Assembly (NCBI GenBank): GCA_949292985.1
Contig: CASFBF010000011.1
Coordinates: forward strand, 2,450 to 66,449
From: an uncultured Bacillota bacterium
GTDB taxonomy: Bacteria; Bacillota; Clostridia; Christensenellales; UBA1242
DNA: 64,000 nt
Reading direction: 5' to 3'
The notes below the pieces were generated by a model that ran no database searches, was not told where the DNA came from, and was given only the letters and a program-made list of their open reading frames with translations. Positions 16,224 through 24,838 of this stretch are shown piece by piece. Numbering within the stretch: the stretch's first letter is position 1; every line of letters starts with the position of its first letter. A program made the position numbers and the translations under genes.

Positions 16224-17338
16224 TTTATCTTGATAATGCAGCAACAACTAAAATGAGCGAAGAGGCATTAAAGGAGTATGAATACTTTTCATGCTCCAAC
16301 TTTTATAATCCGTCCGCAACTTATTTGCCAGCAATTAAGGTTGCTATGGCGCTTGATGAGGCTAGGGCAAGACTAAAAAAATGTTTGGGCGCAAAAAAAG
16401 GTGATATTATTTTCACAAGTGGGGCAACTGAATCAAATAATCTTGCCATAAGAGGAAGTTTGAGAGAAGGGAAATGGGAATATGTTTTTTCTTCTGGCGA
16501 ACATGCGTCGGTTTACAATTTGGCAAACGCACTTAAACGCGAAGGGAAAACTGTGAACTTTATTCCACTTTTTAAAACTGGCGAAATTGACTATAATGCG
16601 CTAGAAAAAATGCTTTCGCCTAAAACCAGAATTGTTAGTGTTATGTTTGTCAACAATGTTACAGGCGCTATAAATGACATAAAAAAGATTTCTGAGATTG
16701 TAAGAAAGAATGCGCCTTCTGCGATTTTGCATGTTGACGGCGTGCAGGCATTTTGTAAATTAAATTTTAATTTAGACGAACTTGATGTTGACCTGTTTTC
16801 CATAAGCGCACATAAATTTCATGGGCCAAAAGGTGTAGGGGCGCTTTATGTTAAAAATAAGGCGACATTGAAAAATTTGGTTTATGGTGGTGGGCAGGAA
16901 TATGGAATAAGGTCGGGCACTGAAAATGTTCCTGCAATTATGGCCATGGTTAAAGCGTCAGAACTTATTAACACGCAAGAAAATTTTGAAAAAGTTTTAA
17001 AGTTGAAGGGGCAGTTTTTAGACGAAATTAAAAAGTGTGATAAAATAAAGGTGGTGGGTGAAAACACCAGCCCTTATATAGCAATGCTACTTTTTGATGG
17101 CGTCAATGGTGAAACTTTAACAAGGGCGTTAGAAAATCAGGTTATTGTTGGTAGAGGCAGTGCTTGTTCTGCCAAGAAAGCGGGCAATCATGTTTTAGAA
17201 GCAATTGGATATAAAATTAACGAAATAAAAGGTGCAATTCGTGTAAGTTTTGATGAGTCTTTAACCCAACAACAAATAAAAGAATCGGCTGAAATTATTA
17301 TAAAAACTTATAATGAACTATTGGAGAAATTAAAGTGA
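16220..17338 (+). CDS. cysteine desulfurase (NifS/NifZ/IscS class V aminotransferase)
   Basis: 372-aa protein: IYLDNAATT, PLP-lysine context SISAHKFHGPKGVGALY, and active-site Cys GSACSA. It is paired with thiI, as in the Bacillus nifZ-thiI pair. Confidence 0.9.
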   Translation: MIYLDNAATTKMSEEALKEYEYFSCSNFYNPSATYLPAIKVAMALDEARARLKKCLGAKKGDIIFTSGATESNNLAIRGSLREGKWEYVFSSGEHASVYNLANALKREGKTVNFIPLFKTGEIDYNALEKMLSPKTRIVSVMFVNNVTGAINDIKKISEIVRKNAPSAILHVDGVQAFCKLNFNLDELDVDLFSISAHKFHGPKGVGALYVKNKATLKNLVYGGGQEYGIRSGTENVPAIMAMVKASELINTQENFEKVLKLKGQFLDEIKKCDKIKVVGENTSPYIAMLLFDGVNGETLTRALENQVIVGRGSACSAKKAGNHVLEAIGYKINEIKGAIRVSFDESLTQQQIKESAEIIIKTYNELLEKLK

Positions 17339-18489
17339 AAAGCATACTACTGAGAATGGGTGAATTGTTTTTAAAAGGTGAAAACAGAGGCATGTTTGAA
17401 AATGTGCTGGTTTCTAATATCCGTAAAAAATTAGAAGGTTTAAATTATAAACTGCAAAGAACCCGAGGCAGAATAATGATTGCCGAATTCGACGAAGAAA
17501 ATGAAATTGTTGAAAGGCTTACAAAAGTTTTTGGTTTGGTTTCATTATCTGTTGCTGAGGAGGTTGATGCTTCGCCAACTGCGATTTCGCAATATGTTTC
17601 AACTATTAAATTATCAAACAAAACTTTTAAGGTTGATGTAAATAGGGCAGACAAGCGTTTTCCTATCTCTTCTATGGATTTTGCAGCCGAACTTGGTGGC
17701 GAAATTTTGGAAAACAATCCAAATGCAATCGTCGAACTTTATCACCCAGAAATTGTTATTCATGTAGATATAAGAAACAACGGCAAAGCCTATATTTTTG
17801 ACAAATCAATAAAATGCCAAGGTGGGTTGCCATTGTCGACTTCTGGTAAAGCATTACTTCTTTTGTCAGGTGGTATTGACAGCCCTGTGGCGGGCTACAT
17901 GATGGCTAAGCGTGGTTTAAAGTTGCAGGCTATTCATTTTTATAGTTACCCTTACACATCAGAGCAGGCTAAACAGAAAGTTATTACATTGGCAAGAAAA
18001 TTAAGTGAGTATGTTGACGATATTAAGTTGCATTGCATTTCATTTACAAAGGTCCAAGAGGAAATTCATGCCAAGTGTGCGCCAGAGTTCATGATTACAA
18101 TAATGCGCAGAATTATGATGAGGGTTGCGGAAATTATTGCCAAGCGTGAGGACGCAGGCGCAATCGTTACCGGCGAAAGTTTAGGGCAGGTTGCAAGCCA
18201 AACTATGCAAAGCATGACGGTTACAGAAGACGCTCTTGAAAGTCTTCCTATTTTCAGACCATGTATTGGGCTTGACAAAGAGGATATAGTAAAAATAGCA
18301 AAGGAGATAGATACATTCGAAACATCTATTCTGCCATACGAAGATTGTTGCACCGTGTTCTTGCCAAAGAACCCAGTTATAAAACCTAAACTTTCCAAGG
18401 CTAGAAGTGAAGAGGCAAACTTAGATGTAGACGCACTCGTTCAAGAGTGTTTGGCAGGGGAAGAGATTATTAACATTAAATCGTATTGA
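17335..18489 (+). CDS. thiI: tRNA 4-thiouridine(8) synthase ThiI
   Basis: 384-aa protein with THUMP-type N-terminal half and PP-loop LLLSGGIDSPVA. The GTG start overlaps the upstream stop. Confidence 0.93.
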   Translation: MKSILLRMGELFLKGENRGMFENVLVSNIRKKLEGLNYKLQRTRGRIMIAEFDEENEIVERLTKVFGLVSLSVAEEVDASPTAISQYVSTIKLSNKTFKVDVNRADKRFPISSMDFAAELGGEILENNPNAIVELYHPEIVIHVDIRNNGKAYIFDKSIKCQGGLPLSTSGKALLLLSGGIDSPVAGYMMAKRGLKLQAIHFYSYPYTSEQAKQKVITLARKLSEYVDDIKLHCISFTKVQEEIHAKCAPEFMITIMRRIMMRVAEIIAKREDAGAIVTGESLGQVASQTMQSMTVTEDALESLPIFRPCIGLDKEDIVKIAKEIDTFETSILPYEDCCTVFLPKNPVIKPKLSKARSEEANLDVDALVQECLAGEEIINIKSY

Positions 18490-18513
18490 TAACAAAATAA
18501 AAAACAACATAAT

Positions 18514-18541
18514 AAAACGACGGCTTATTGCCGTTTTTTTA
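18514..18541 (+). terminator. intrinsic terminator after thiI
   Basis: ACGGC-TTATT-GCCGT (18520-18534) followed by a T run. The stem is short, so this is only a moderately strong terminator. Confidence 0.55.
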
Positions 18542-18647
18542 TTTTTAAATTTTTGGCACTACTTATTTATTAAGGTATGCATACTGGCTTATAATTATAA
18601 AATTGAAATTTATAAATTTACATATCTTTAAATTGTTATAAAAATTC

Positions 18648-18688
18648 ATTGAATAATTATGCAAAAATCACTTGCATAATTATAAATT
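18648..18688 (+). promoter_or_regulatory. two ARG-box-like operators upstream of argR
   Basis: Box 1 is ATTGAATAATTATGCAAA (18648-18665). Box 2 is CTTGCATAATTATAAATT (18671-18688). Both resemble the TGAAT-wwww-ATTCA ARG-box consensus. Box 2 overlaps the -35 element of the argR promoter. Confidence 0.6.
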
Positions 18689-18700
18689 ATGTTGTATAAT
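18672..18700 (+). promoter_or_regulatory. sigma-A-type promoter of argR
   Basis: TTGCAT (18672-18677), a 17-nt spacer, then TATAAT (18695-18700). Confidence 0.65.
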
Positions 18701-18792
18701 AATCAAAACTTGACTTATAAATATAAATTTATAAATATTCAAAATCGCTATATTCCTTTAAAATAAAGGCAAATAGGGCTTCGGAGGAAAGA

Positions 18793-19245
18793 ATGGCAAG
18801 AAGTGCAAGACAGTCAAAAATTTTGGAACTTATCTCAACAAAAGAGATTGAAACCCAAGACGAACTGGCAAGAGAACTTAAAAATGCAAACTTTGATATC
18901 ACACAAGCAACCATTTCAAGAGATATCAAAGAACTTGGTTTGACCAAAATTTTGTCAACATCAGGCAAATATAAGTACGCCATAATTGGAAGTGATGAGC
19001 AACAAATTTCTAATAAATATGTTTCAATTTTCCGTGAGGCTGTTATTTCTGTAAAGTCAGCGCTAAATTTGGTTGTAATCAAAACTATTAAAGGTTTAGG
19101 TGCAGGTGTTTGCAGTTTTATCGATAAACTTAATTTAACCGAACTTGTTGGCGCAGTTAATGGCGACGATACAGTAATGCTTATTTTTCCTTCCGCATCT
19201 TTGTCTTCTGATGCCGTTGTGGCGCTTAATGATATGTTGGGATAA
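18793..19245 (+). CDS. argR: arginine repressor ArgR/AhrC
   Basis: 150-aa protein: winged-helix N-terminus RQSKILELISTKEIETQDELARELKNANFDITQATISRDIKELGL and a C-terminal oligomerisation domain with GDDT. Confidence 0.95.
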   Translation: MARSARQSKILELISTKEIETQDELARELKNANFDITQATISRDIKELGLTKILSTSGKYKYAIIGSDEQQISNKYVSIFREAVISVKSALNLVVIKTIKGLGAGVCSFIDKLNLTELVGAVNGDDTVMLIFPSASLSSDAVVALNDMLG

Positions 19246-19256
19246 AGGGAAAACAA

Positions 19257-20909
19257 ATGCTTAGAAGTTTAACAATCAAAAATCTTGCTTTGTTTAAATC
19301 GCAGGAAATTGAATTTAACAGAGGTTTGAATATTATTTTAGGTGAAACAGGGGCAGGGAAAAGTTTGATTTTCGATGCTCTGTTTTTTGTGCTTTCAATA
19401 AAAACCGACAAAACTCTTTTAAGGACTGGTGAAGACACCATGAGAGTTGATGCAGTTTTCCAACCGCTCTCAAATAAAGTGCATGAGATTTTGAAGCAAA
19501 ATGATTTAGATGATGATGAACTGATTGTTACAAGAGTGTTGTATAATGACGGAAGAACTTCAAGTAAAGTGAATGGCTCGCCATGCCCACAATCGTTAAT
19601 AAAAAGTTTGGCAAGCGAACTTGTTGACAGTTTTATGCAACACGAAAGCATGGAAATTTTAAAAAGTAAAAATCATCTTACATATCTTGATAGGTTTTGT
19701 GAGTTTGGTAATTTAAAGGAACTGCTATCACAACAAATTGAAAATTTAAAGCAGATTGAAGTCCAAATAAATTTGCTTGGTGGCGATGAAAAACAGAGAG
19801 CGGATAAAAAAGATATGCTTGAATATCAAATTGCTGAGATTGAAAAAGCCGATTTAAAGATAGGCGAAGATGAAAGGTTGGAAGAAAAAATTAAACTACT
19901 TGAAAGCGCAGAAAGAATCGGCGAAAGTCTGACTGAAATTTTAAAAATGTTGGAAGGCTCTGGTGGTGCGCTTGGCAATTTGAATATGAGCGAAAGGCTG
20001 TTATCAAAACTTTCTGACATAAGCGATTTTCAAACTTTGGCTGAAAGGATTTCAAGCGTTACGATAGAACTTGATGATGTGGCAAGTGAGTTAAAAGATA
20101 AACTTGATGAAGCGCAAGCAGACCCAATCGAACTTGAAAGATTGAATGAAAGAAAAGATAAAATTAAATTTTTAAAGCGTAAATATGGCGGTAGTGTTGA
20201 CGAGGTTTTGGAAACACTTGAACAATTAAAAAATACTCTTGACAATTTGATTGACGCTGAGGAAAATTTATCTAAACTTGAAAAACAGAAAGATGAAGTG
20301 CAAAAGCAAATAGAAAATCTTTGTGAGCAAATTCATGGTAGAAGGCTTGAAGGCGCGATAAAGGTTAAAGAAGGGCTTGAAAGAGAACTTAAAGACCTTG
20401 GCATGAAAGATAGCAAATTTGAAGTTAAGTTCACAAAAAAGCAACCTTCTTTTGAAGGGTTTGACGATGTGAGTTTTGTATTTTCAGCAAATAAAGGTCA
20501 GGAACTTAAAGATTTGGCTAAAACTGCGTCAGGCGGGGAAAGTAGCAGAATTATGCTGGCTATGAAAAATATGTTTGCTTCCAAAAATGACGAGAGAACT
20601 TTGCTGTTCGATGAAATCGATTCAGGGATAAGCGGAGAAGTTGGTAACATGATGGCAAGTAAACTTTCAAGCATAGCGTGTCGAGATCAAGTTGTTGCTA
20701 TCACGCATTTACCACAAGTTGCAAGTGCGGGAGATGAATACATTGAAGTTGAAAAATACAGCAACGAAAACTCCACTTTCAGCAAGGTTGAAAACATAAA
20801 AGGTGAAGGAATAATCAAGGAAATTGCTCACATCATAGGCGGCGACAATGTTACAGATGTTATGCTAGCCAATGCCAAACAACTTTTTGAAAGAGGCAGA
20901 CGAAAATAA
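19257..20909 (+). CDS. recN: DNA repair protein RecN
   Basis: 550-aa SMC-like protein with Walker A GETGAGKS, a long coiled coil, signature SGGESSR and Walker B LLFDEIDSGISG. The argR-recN-spoIVB synteny is conserved. Confidence 0.95.
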   Translation: MLRSLTIKNLALFKSQEIEFNRGLNIILGETGAGKSLIFDALFFVLSIKTDKTLLRTGEDTMRVDAVFQPLSNKVHEILKQNDLDDDELIVTRVLYNDGRTSSKVNGSPCPQSLIKSLASELVDSFMQHESMEILKSKNHLTYLDRFCEFGNLKELLSQQIENLKQIEVQINLLGGDEKQRADKKDMLEYQIAEIEKADLKIGEDERLEEKIKLLESAERIGESLTEILKMLEGSGGALGNLNMSERLLSKLSDISDFQTLAERISSVTIELDDVASELKDKLDEAQADPIELERLNERKDKIKFLKRKYGGSVDEVLETLEQLKNTLDNLIDAEENLSKLEKQKDEVQKQIENLCEQIHGRRLEGAIKVKEGLERELKDLGMKDSKFEVKFTKKQPSFEGFDDVSFVFSANKGQELKDLAKTASGGESSRIMLAMKNMFASKNDERTLLFDEIDSGISGEVGNMMASKLSSIACRDQVVAITHLPQVASAGDEYIEVEKYSNENSTFSKVENIKGEGIIKEIAHIIGGDNVTDVMLANAKQLFERGRRK

Positions 20910-20930
20910 GAATAAAATTTTGTATGCGAC

Positions 20931-20959
20931 AAAAACTATCTTAGAAGAGATAGTTTTTT
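20931..20959 (+). terminator. intrinsic terminator after recN
   Basis: AAAAACTATCT-TAGAAG-AGATAGTTTTT followed by T. Confidence 0.7.
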
Positions 20960-20971
20960 GTTGGAGGCGAA

Positions 20972-22192
20972 ATGAAAAACAAAAGATGGTGGCTTTTGGG
21001 AGTTTGTTTAACGGTTGTTTTACTTATTGTTTGCAATATTGGTTTTAAACAAATTTATTCGCTTCCTGATGGGTTTATGGCTACTATGGATGAAATTGAA
21101 AGTGCAAACCAAAATGGTGCTTTTGGTAGTTTTGTTTCGGCATCAATGCAAAGGTCTGAACAATCGGTTTCCTCTGATAAACCAAGCGAAGGAACGGTTA
21201 TTTTCAAACTTTTCGGTATTATTCCTATAAGAAAAGTTAATGTAATTTGCTCAGGCGAAGAAGAGGTTTATCTTGGCGGAACGCCTATTGGAATTAGTAT
21301 TTCAACATCTGGTGCAATAGTTATAAATGAAAAGATGGTTGAAACAGAGCAAGGCTACAAACAGACCGAAAAAAGCGAAACTTTTAAAGAAGGGGATTTG
21401 TTAACGGCAGTAAATGGAGTTTCTATTTCTTCATTGGAGCAACTTAGTGATGTTGTGGAAGAGAGCGAAAGCGAAAATTTTAATATCACCTATGTTAGAA
21501 AAAATAAAGAGTATAGTGCCACAATTAAAGGTGAAATAGATAAAAATACGGGTAAGTATAAACTTGGGTTATGGGTGAGAGATGATGTGTCAGGGATAGG
21601 CACACTTACATATGTAAATAAGCAAACTAATGCTTTTGCTGCCCTTGGACATGCCATTACAGATAATGAAAACGATGTAGAAGTTTCCAGCGGTAAAGTT
21701 TATAATTGTAAGTTGCTGGGAATAGATAAAGGCGAGAAAAATAATCCTGGGCAACTTAGATGTATGTTTTTGCAAACAGATGAAAAGAAAGGAGAAATCA
21801 ATAAAAACACTAAGTATGGGGTGTATGGGAAAATAGATAACTTGGACGGGCTTATTGACCCTAATTTAACCATGAAACTTGGAGGAAGACTTTCCGTTAA
21901 ACCGGGAAAGGCATATATAGTTTCAAATGTAAGTGGGCTTAAAGAAGAATATGAAATAGAAATTATAAAAGCAAATTATCAGGCAAAAGCAAACGATAAG
22001 AGTTTGGTGTTTAGGGTTAAAGACAAACGCTTGCTTGAACTTACCGGTGGAATAGTGCAGGGTATGAGTGGAAGCCCAATAATCCAAGATGGAAAACTTG
22101 TTGGCGCTGTTACTCATGTGTTCATGTCAGACCCAACCAAAGGCTATGGCGTGTACAGCGATTGGATGGTTGCAAACGAAGTAAAAGATTAA
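20972..22192 (+). CDS. spoIVB: SpoIVB peptidase (S55 family, PDZ-containing)
   Basis: 406-aa protein: N-terminal TM segment, PDZ segment, GIGTLTY...ALGH (His) and GMSGSPI (Ser) catalytic contexts. Confidence 0.93.
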   Translation: MKNKRWWLLGVCLTVVLLIVCNIGFKQIYSLPDGFMATMDEIESANQNGAFGSFVSASMQRSEQSVSSDKPSEGTVIFKLFGIIPIRKVNVICSGEEEVYLGGTPIGISISTSGAIVINEKMVETEQGYKQTEKSETFKEGDLLTAVNGVSISSLEQLSDVVEESESENFNITYVRKNKEYSATIKGEIDKNTGKYKLGLWVRDDVSGIGTLTYVNKQTNAFAALGHAITDNENDVEVSSGKVYNCKLLGIDKGEKNNPGQLRCMFLQTDEKKGEINKNTKYGVYGKIDNLDGLIDPNLTMKLGGRLSVKPGKAYIVSNVSGLKEEYEIEIIKANYQAKANDKSLVFRVKDKRLLELTGGIVQGMSGSPIIQDGKLVGAVTHVFMSDPTKGYGVYSDWMVANEVKD

Positions 22193-22328
22193 ATAAATTT
22201 AACTAAACTAATTTAGAAAAACAAAAAAAGAGCAAAACGGTCAAGTTGCTCTTTTTCTGCTAAATGTGAAGCAATTCTCCTTCACGGATATAATGTGTGC
22301 TGTTTGCAAAAGTTTTATACAAAAATTT

Positions 22329-23357
22329 TTAATTTATTTTAACTTTGTTTGCTACATCTTTGCGCATGTCTTCGCTGATGGCGGCATAGTGTTTCTTTGT
22401 GGTGTTTACATCTTTATGTCCCAGCACATCTGCAACAATATAAATATCTTTGGTTTCTCTGTAAAGGTTTGTGCCGAAAGTGCTTCTAAGTTTGTGCGGT
22501 GATATTTTTTTAAGCGGGGTTGCTTCCTGTGCAAACTTTTTTACTAAATTTTCAACGGCTCTGGTGCTAATGCGCTTTTTTTGAAGGCTGACAAACATTG
22601 CGTGTTCGTTTTCGTCTAAATCTAAGGTTTGTCGTTTTTTAAGCCAAATTTTTAATGCGCTTGCAACTTCTTCGGAGAAATATAACACGGTTTGATTTCC
22701 GCCTTTTCTTGTTACTTTAAAAGCGTTTTGAGAAAAATCAAAATCTTCAACATTTAAACCCACACATTCTGAAATACGAATGCCTGTTCCTAAAAACAAG
22801 GTGACTAGGGCGTTGTCGCGTTCTTTGGTGTTTGCGTTATAAGCCTTTTGCCTTTTAGAAAAAGTGTTGTGTGAAGCAACCGCATCAAGCATTCTTGAAA
22901 CTTCATCTGCTTCAAGCCTTATAATCTCTTTGTTGTGTAATTTTGGGGTTTGAACTTTACTTGCAACATTGGAAGATATCAAATCATGATTAAACAGGTA
23001 TTTAAACAGGCTTCTAACTGCTGCAAGTTTGCGTGCTTTGCCTCTTTCGCCATTTTTTATAATTTTTCCTTCAAGTTCATAAAAACTTAAATGTGAAAGA
23101 AATTGCTCTATTTGGTTAGATTTAAGGCTGTTCAAATCTTCAAGTGTGATATTTTGTTTTTCTTTATGTAATAAATCTGATAAATAGTCAAAAAATATGT
23201 TGAGGTCCATGGCATAATTTACTCGGGTGAGAGAAGAAGAATTGTTTTCAATACCTATAAAAAAGTCGCTACAAAAGTCTGGCAATGTGGCAATCTGCTT
23301 TCTGATTGTTTTTTGATTTTTTAAATCTCGTTTTTCAAAATAAGATAATGTTTTCAT
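22329..23357 (-). CDS. site-specific tyrosine recombinase, Xer family (XerS-like in length and architecture)
   Basis: 342-aa protein with catalytic residues in GTGIRISECVGL (R), HKLRSTFGT (H-x-x-R) and LGHKDVNTTKKHY (H, Y). Also carries a VTRKGG motif and an extended N-terminal domain. Confidence 0.88.
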   Translation of the reverse strand: MKTLSYFEKRDLKNQKTIRKQIATLPDFCSDFFIGIENNSSSLTRVNYAMDLNIFFDYLSDLLHKEKQNITLEDLNSLKSNQIEQFLSHLSFYELEGKIIKNGERGKARKLAAVRSLFKYLFNHDLISSNVASKVQTPKLHNKEIIRLEADEVSRMLDAVASHNTFSKRQKAYNANTKERDNALVTLFLGTGIRISECVGLNVEDFDFSQNAFKVTRKGGNQTVLYFSEEVASALKIWLKKRQTLDLDENEHAMFVSLQKKRISTRAVENLVKKFAQEATPLKKISPHKLRSTFGTNLYRETKDIYIVADVLGHKDVNTTKKHYAAISEDMRKDVANKVKIN

Positions 23358-23363
23358 GTTTAA

Positions 23364-23392
23364 ATTATACTACATTATTTATATTTTGTAAA
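23364..23392 (-). promoter_or_regulatory. sigma-A-type promoter placing the recombinase ATG at about +1 (leaderless)
   Basis: The minus strand has TTTACA (23392-23387), a 17-nt spacer, TATAAT (23369-23364), then TTAAAC and ATG (23357). No SD sequence is present. Confidence 0.55.
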
Positions 23393-23415
23393 ACAATTTT
23401 AAATACTAAATATAG

Positions 23416-23434
23416 TATTATGTATATCATAATA
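23416..23434. repeat. palindrome family copy P5: TATTATG-TATAT-CATAATA
   Basis: 7-bp arms with a 5-nt centre, 59 nt upstream of the recombinase start codon. Confidence 0.75.
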
Positions 23435-23477
23435 GACACAATTCAATCAATTTTGTTAATATTTTTTATGTAGTTAT

Positions 23478-23506
23478 TTGACATATTTTTACATATGTTT
23501 TAAAAT
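23478..23506 (+). promoter_or_regulatory. sigma-A-type promoter of serS
   Basis: TTGACA (23478-23483), a 17-nt spacer, then TAAAAT (23501-23506). No T-box leader is visible upstream of this serS. Confidence 0.65.
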
Positions 23507-23531
23507 AATCTTATTGGAGGAAAACTTTTAA

Positions 23532-24818
23532 ATGATAGACATAAACATACTCAGAAATAATCCAGAATTAGTAAAGGAAAATATTAAATTAAAATTTCAA
23601 GATCAAAAACTTCCGCTTGTTGATGAAGTTTTGGAATTAGATGTTAAAAATAGGCCTTTAAAAAAGCAAGGCGATGAATGTAGAGCAAAAAGAAACACTC
23701 TTTCTGCTCAAATTGGCATGCTTATGAAGGCTGGGAAAAAAGATGAAGCCGAAAAAATAAAGCAAGAAGTGGCTGAGAATAACAATAAAATTATTGAACT
23801 TGAAAATGAAGAGGAAAAAATTTCTGCCAGAATTAAGCAGATTATGATGACAATTCCAAACTTTGTTTCAAAAGATGTGCCAGTTGGTAAAGATGACAGC
23901 CAAAATGTGCAATTGGAAACTTTTTTGGAAGCAAAAGAAAAGCCATTTGAAGTGCCTTATCACACCGATATTTTAGAAAAACTTGGTGGAATTGATTTGG
24001 ATAGCGCACGAAGAACCAGTGGTCAAGGTTTCTATTATCTTACTGGCGATATTGCAAGGTTGCATTCTGCAATTTTAACTTACGCTCGTGATTTTATGAT
24101 AGACCGTGGTTTCACATATGTTATTCCGCCATATATGATTAGAAGCGAAGTTGTAAGTGGAGTTATGTCATTTGATGAAATGGATAACATGATGTATAAA
24201 ATCGAAGGGGAAGATTTATATTTAATTGGAACTAGCGAGCATTCGATGATTGGAAGATACATGAACACCATTTTAGATGAAAATAAATTACCTTTAAAAC
24301 TTACAAGTTATTCTCCATGTTTTAGAAAAGAAAAAGGCGCTCACGGCATTGAAGAGCGAGGAATTTACAGAATTCATCAATTCGAAAAACAAGAAATGAT
24401 TATTATTTGTAAACCAAATGAAAGCGAATATTGGTATAATCAACTTTGGAAAAACACCGTAGACTTTTTTGTGTCAATGCAAATACCTGTTAGAACATTG
24501 GCTTGCTGCACAGGTGATTTGGCTGATTTAAAATATAAAAGTTTAGACGTTGAGGCTTGGAGCCCAAGACAAAAAAAATATTTTGAAGTTGGTTCATGCT
24601 CAAATCTTACAGACGCTCAGGCTAGAAGACTTGGAATTCGTTATAAAACAGCACAAGGCAATGTTTTTGCTCACACACTTAACAATACTGTTGTCGCTCC
24701 GCCAAGAATGTTGATTGCGTTTGTAGAAAATCATTTAAATGAAGATGGTTCGGTTAATATTCCGCCTGTTTTAAGACCTTATATGGGTGGAAAAGATAAA
24801 ATAGAATGTAAAAAGTAA
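23532..24818 (+). CDS. serS: serine--tRNA ligase
   Basis: 428-aa protein with an N-terminal coiled-coil arm and class II core motifs (CFRKEKGAHG, IHQFEKQE, TLNNTVVAPPR). Confidence 0.96.
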   Translation: MIDINILRNNPELVKENIKLKFQDQKLPLVDEVLELDVKNRPLKKQGDECRAKRNTLSAQIGMLMKAGKKDEAEKIKQEVAENNNKIIELENEEEKISARIKQIMMTIPNFVSKDVPVGKDDSQNVQLETFLEAKEKPFEVPYHTDILEKLGGIDLDSARRTSGQGFYYLTGDIARLHSAILTYARDFMIDRGFTYVIPPYMIRSEVVSGVMSFDEMDNMMYKIEGEDLYLIGTSEHSMIGRYMNTILDENKLPLKLTSYSPCFRKEKGAHGIEERGIYRIHQFEKQEMIIICKPNESEYWYNQLWKNTVDFFVSMQIPVRTLACCTGDLADLKYKSLDVEAWSPRQKKYFEVGSCSNLTDAQARRLGIRYKTAQGNVFAHTLNNTVVAPPRMLIAFVENHLNEDGSVNIPPVLRPYMGGKDKIECKK

Positions 24819-24838
24819 ATTTACATTCAGGAGGCGTA

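Noticed and set aside
18729-19256. 175-aa ORF antisense to argR. Similar long antisense ORFs lie at 36386-36940 (opposite the TrmH-family gene), 38269-38736 and 61466-61930 (opposite rpsB).
   Set aside because: The opposite strand encodes proteins with clear family motifs in each case. The antisense translations are low-complexity S/L/F/I-rich shadow ORFs without RBS or recognisable motifs.
22329-23357. The tyrosine recombinase could mark an integrated mobile element or prophage.
   Set aside because: No phage, transposase or cargo genes flank it; its neighbours are spoIVB and serS. No direct repeats resembling att sites were seen. The tRNA-Pro gene is 18 kb away. The architecture fits a chromosomal Xer-type enzyme.
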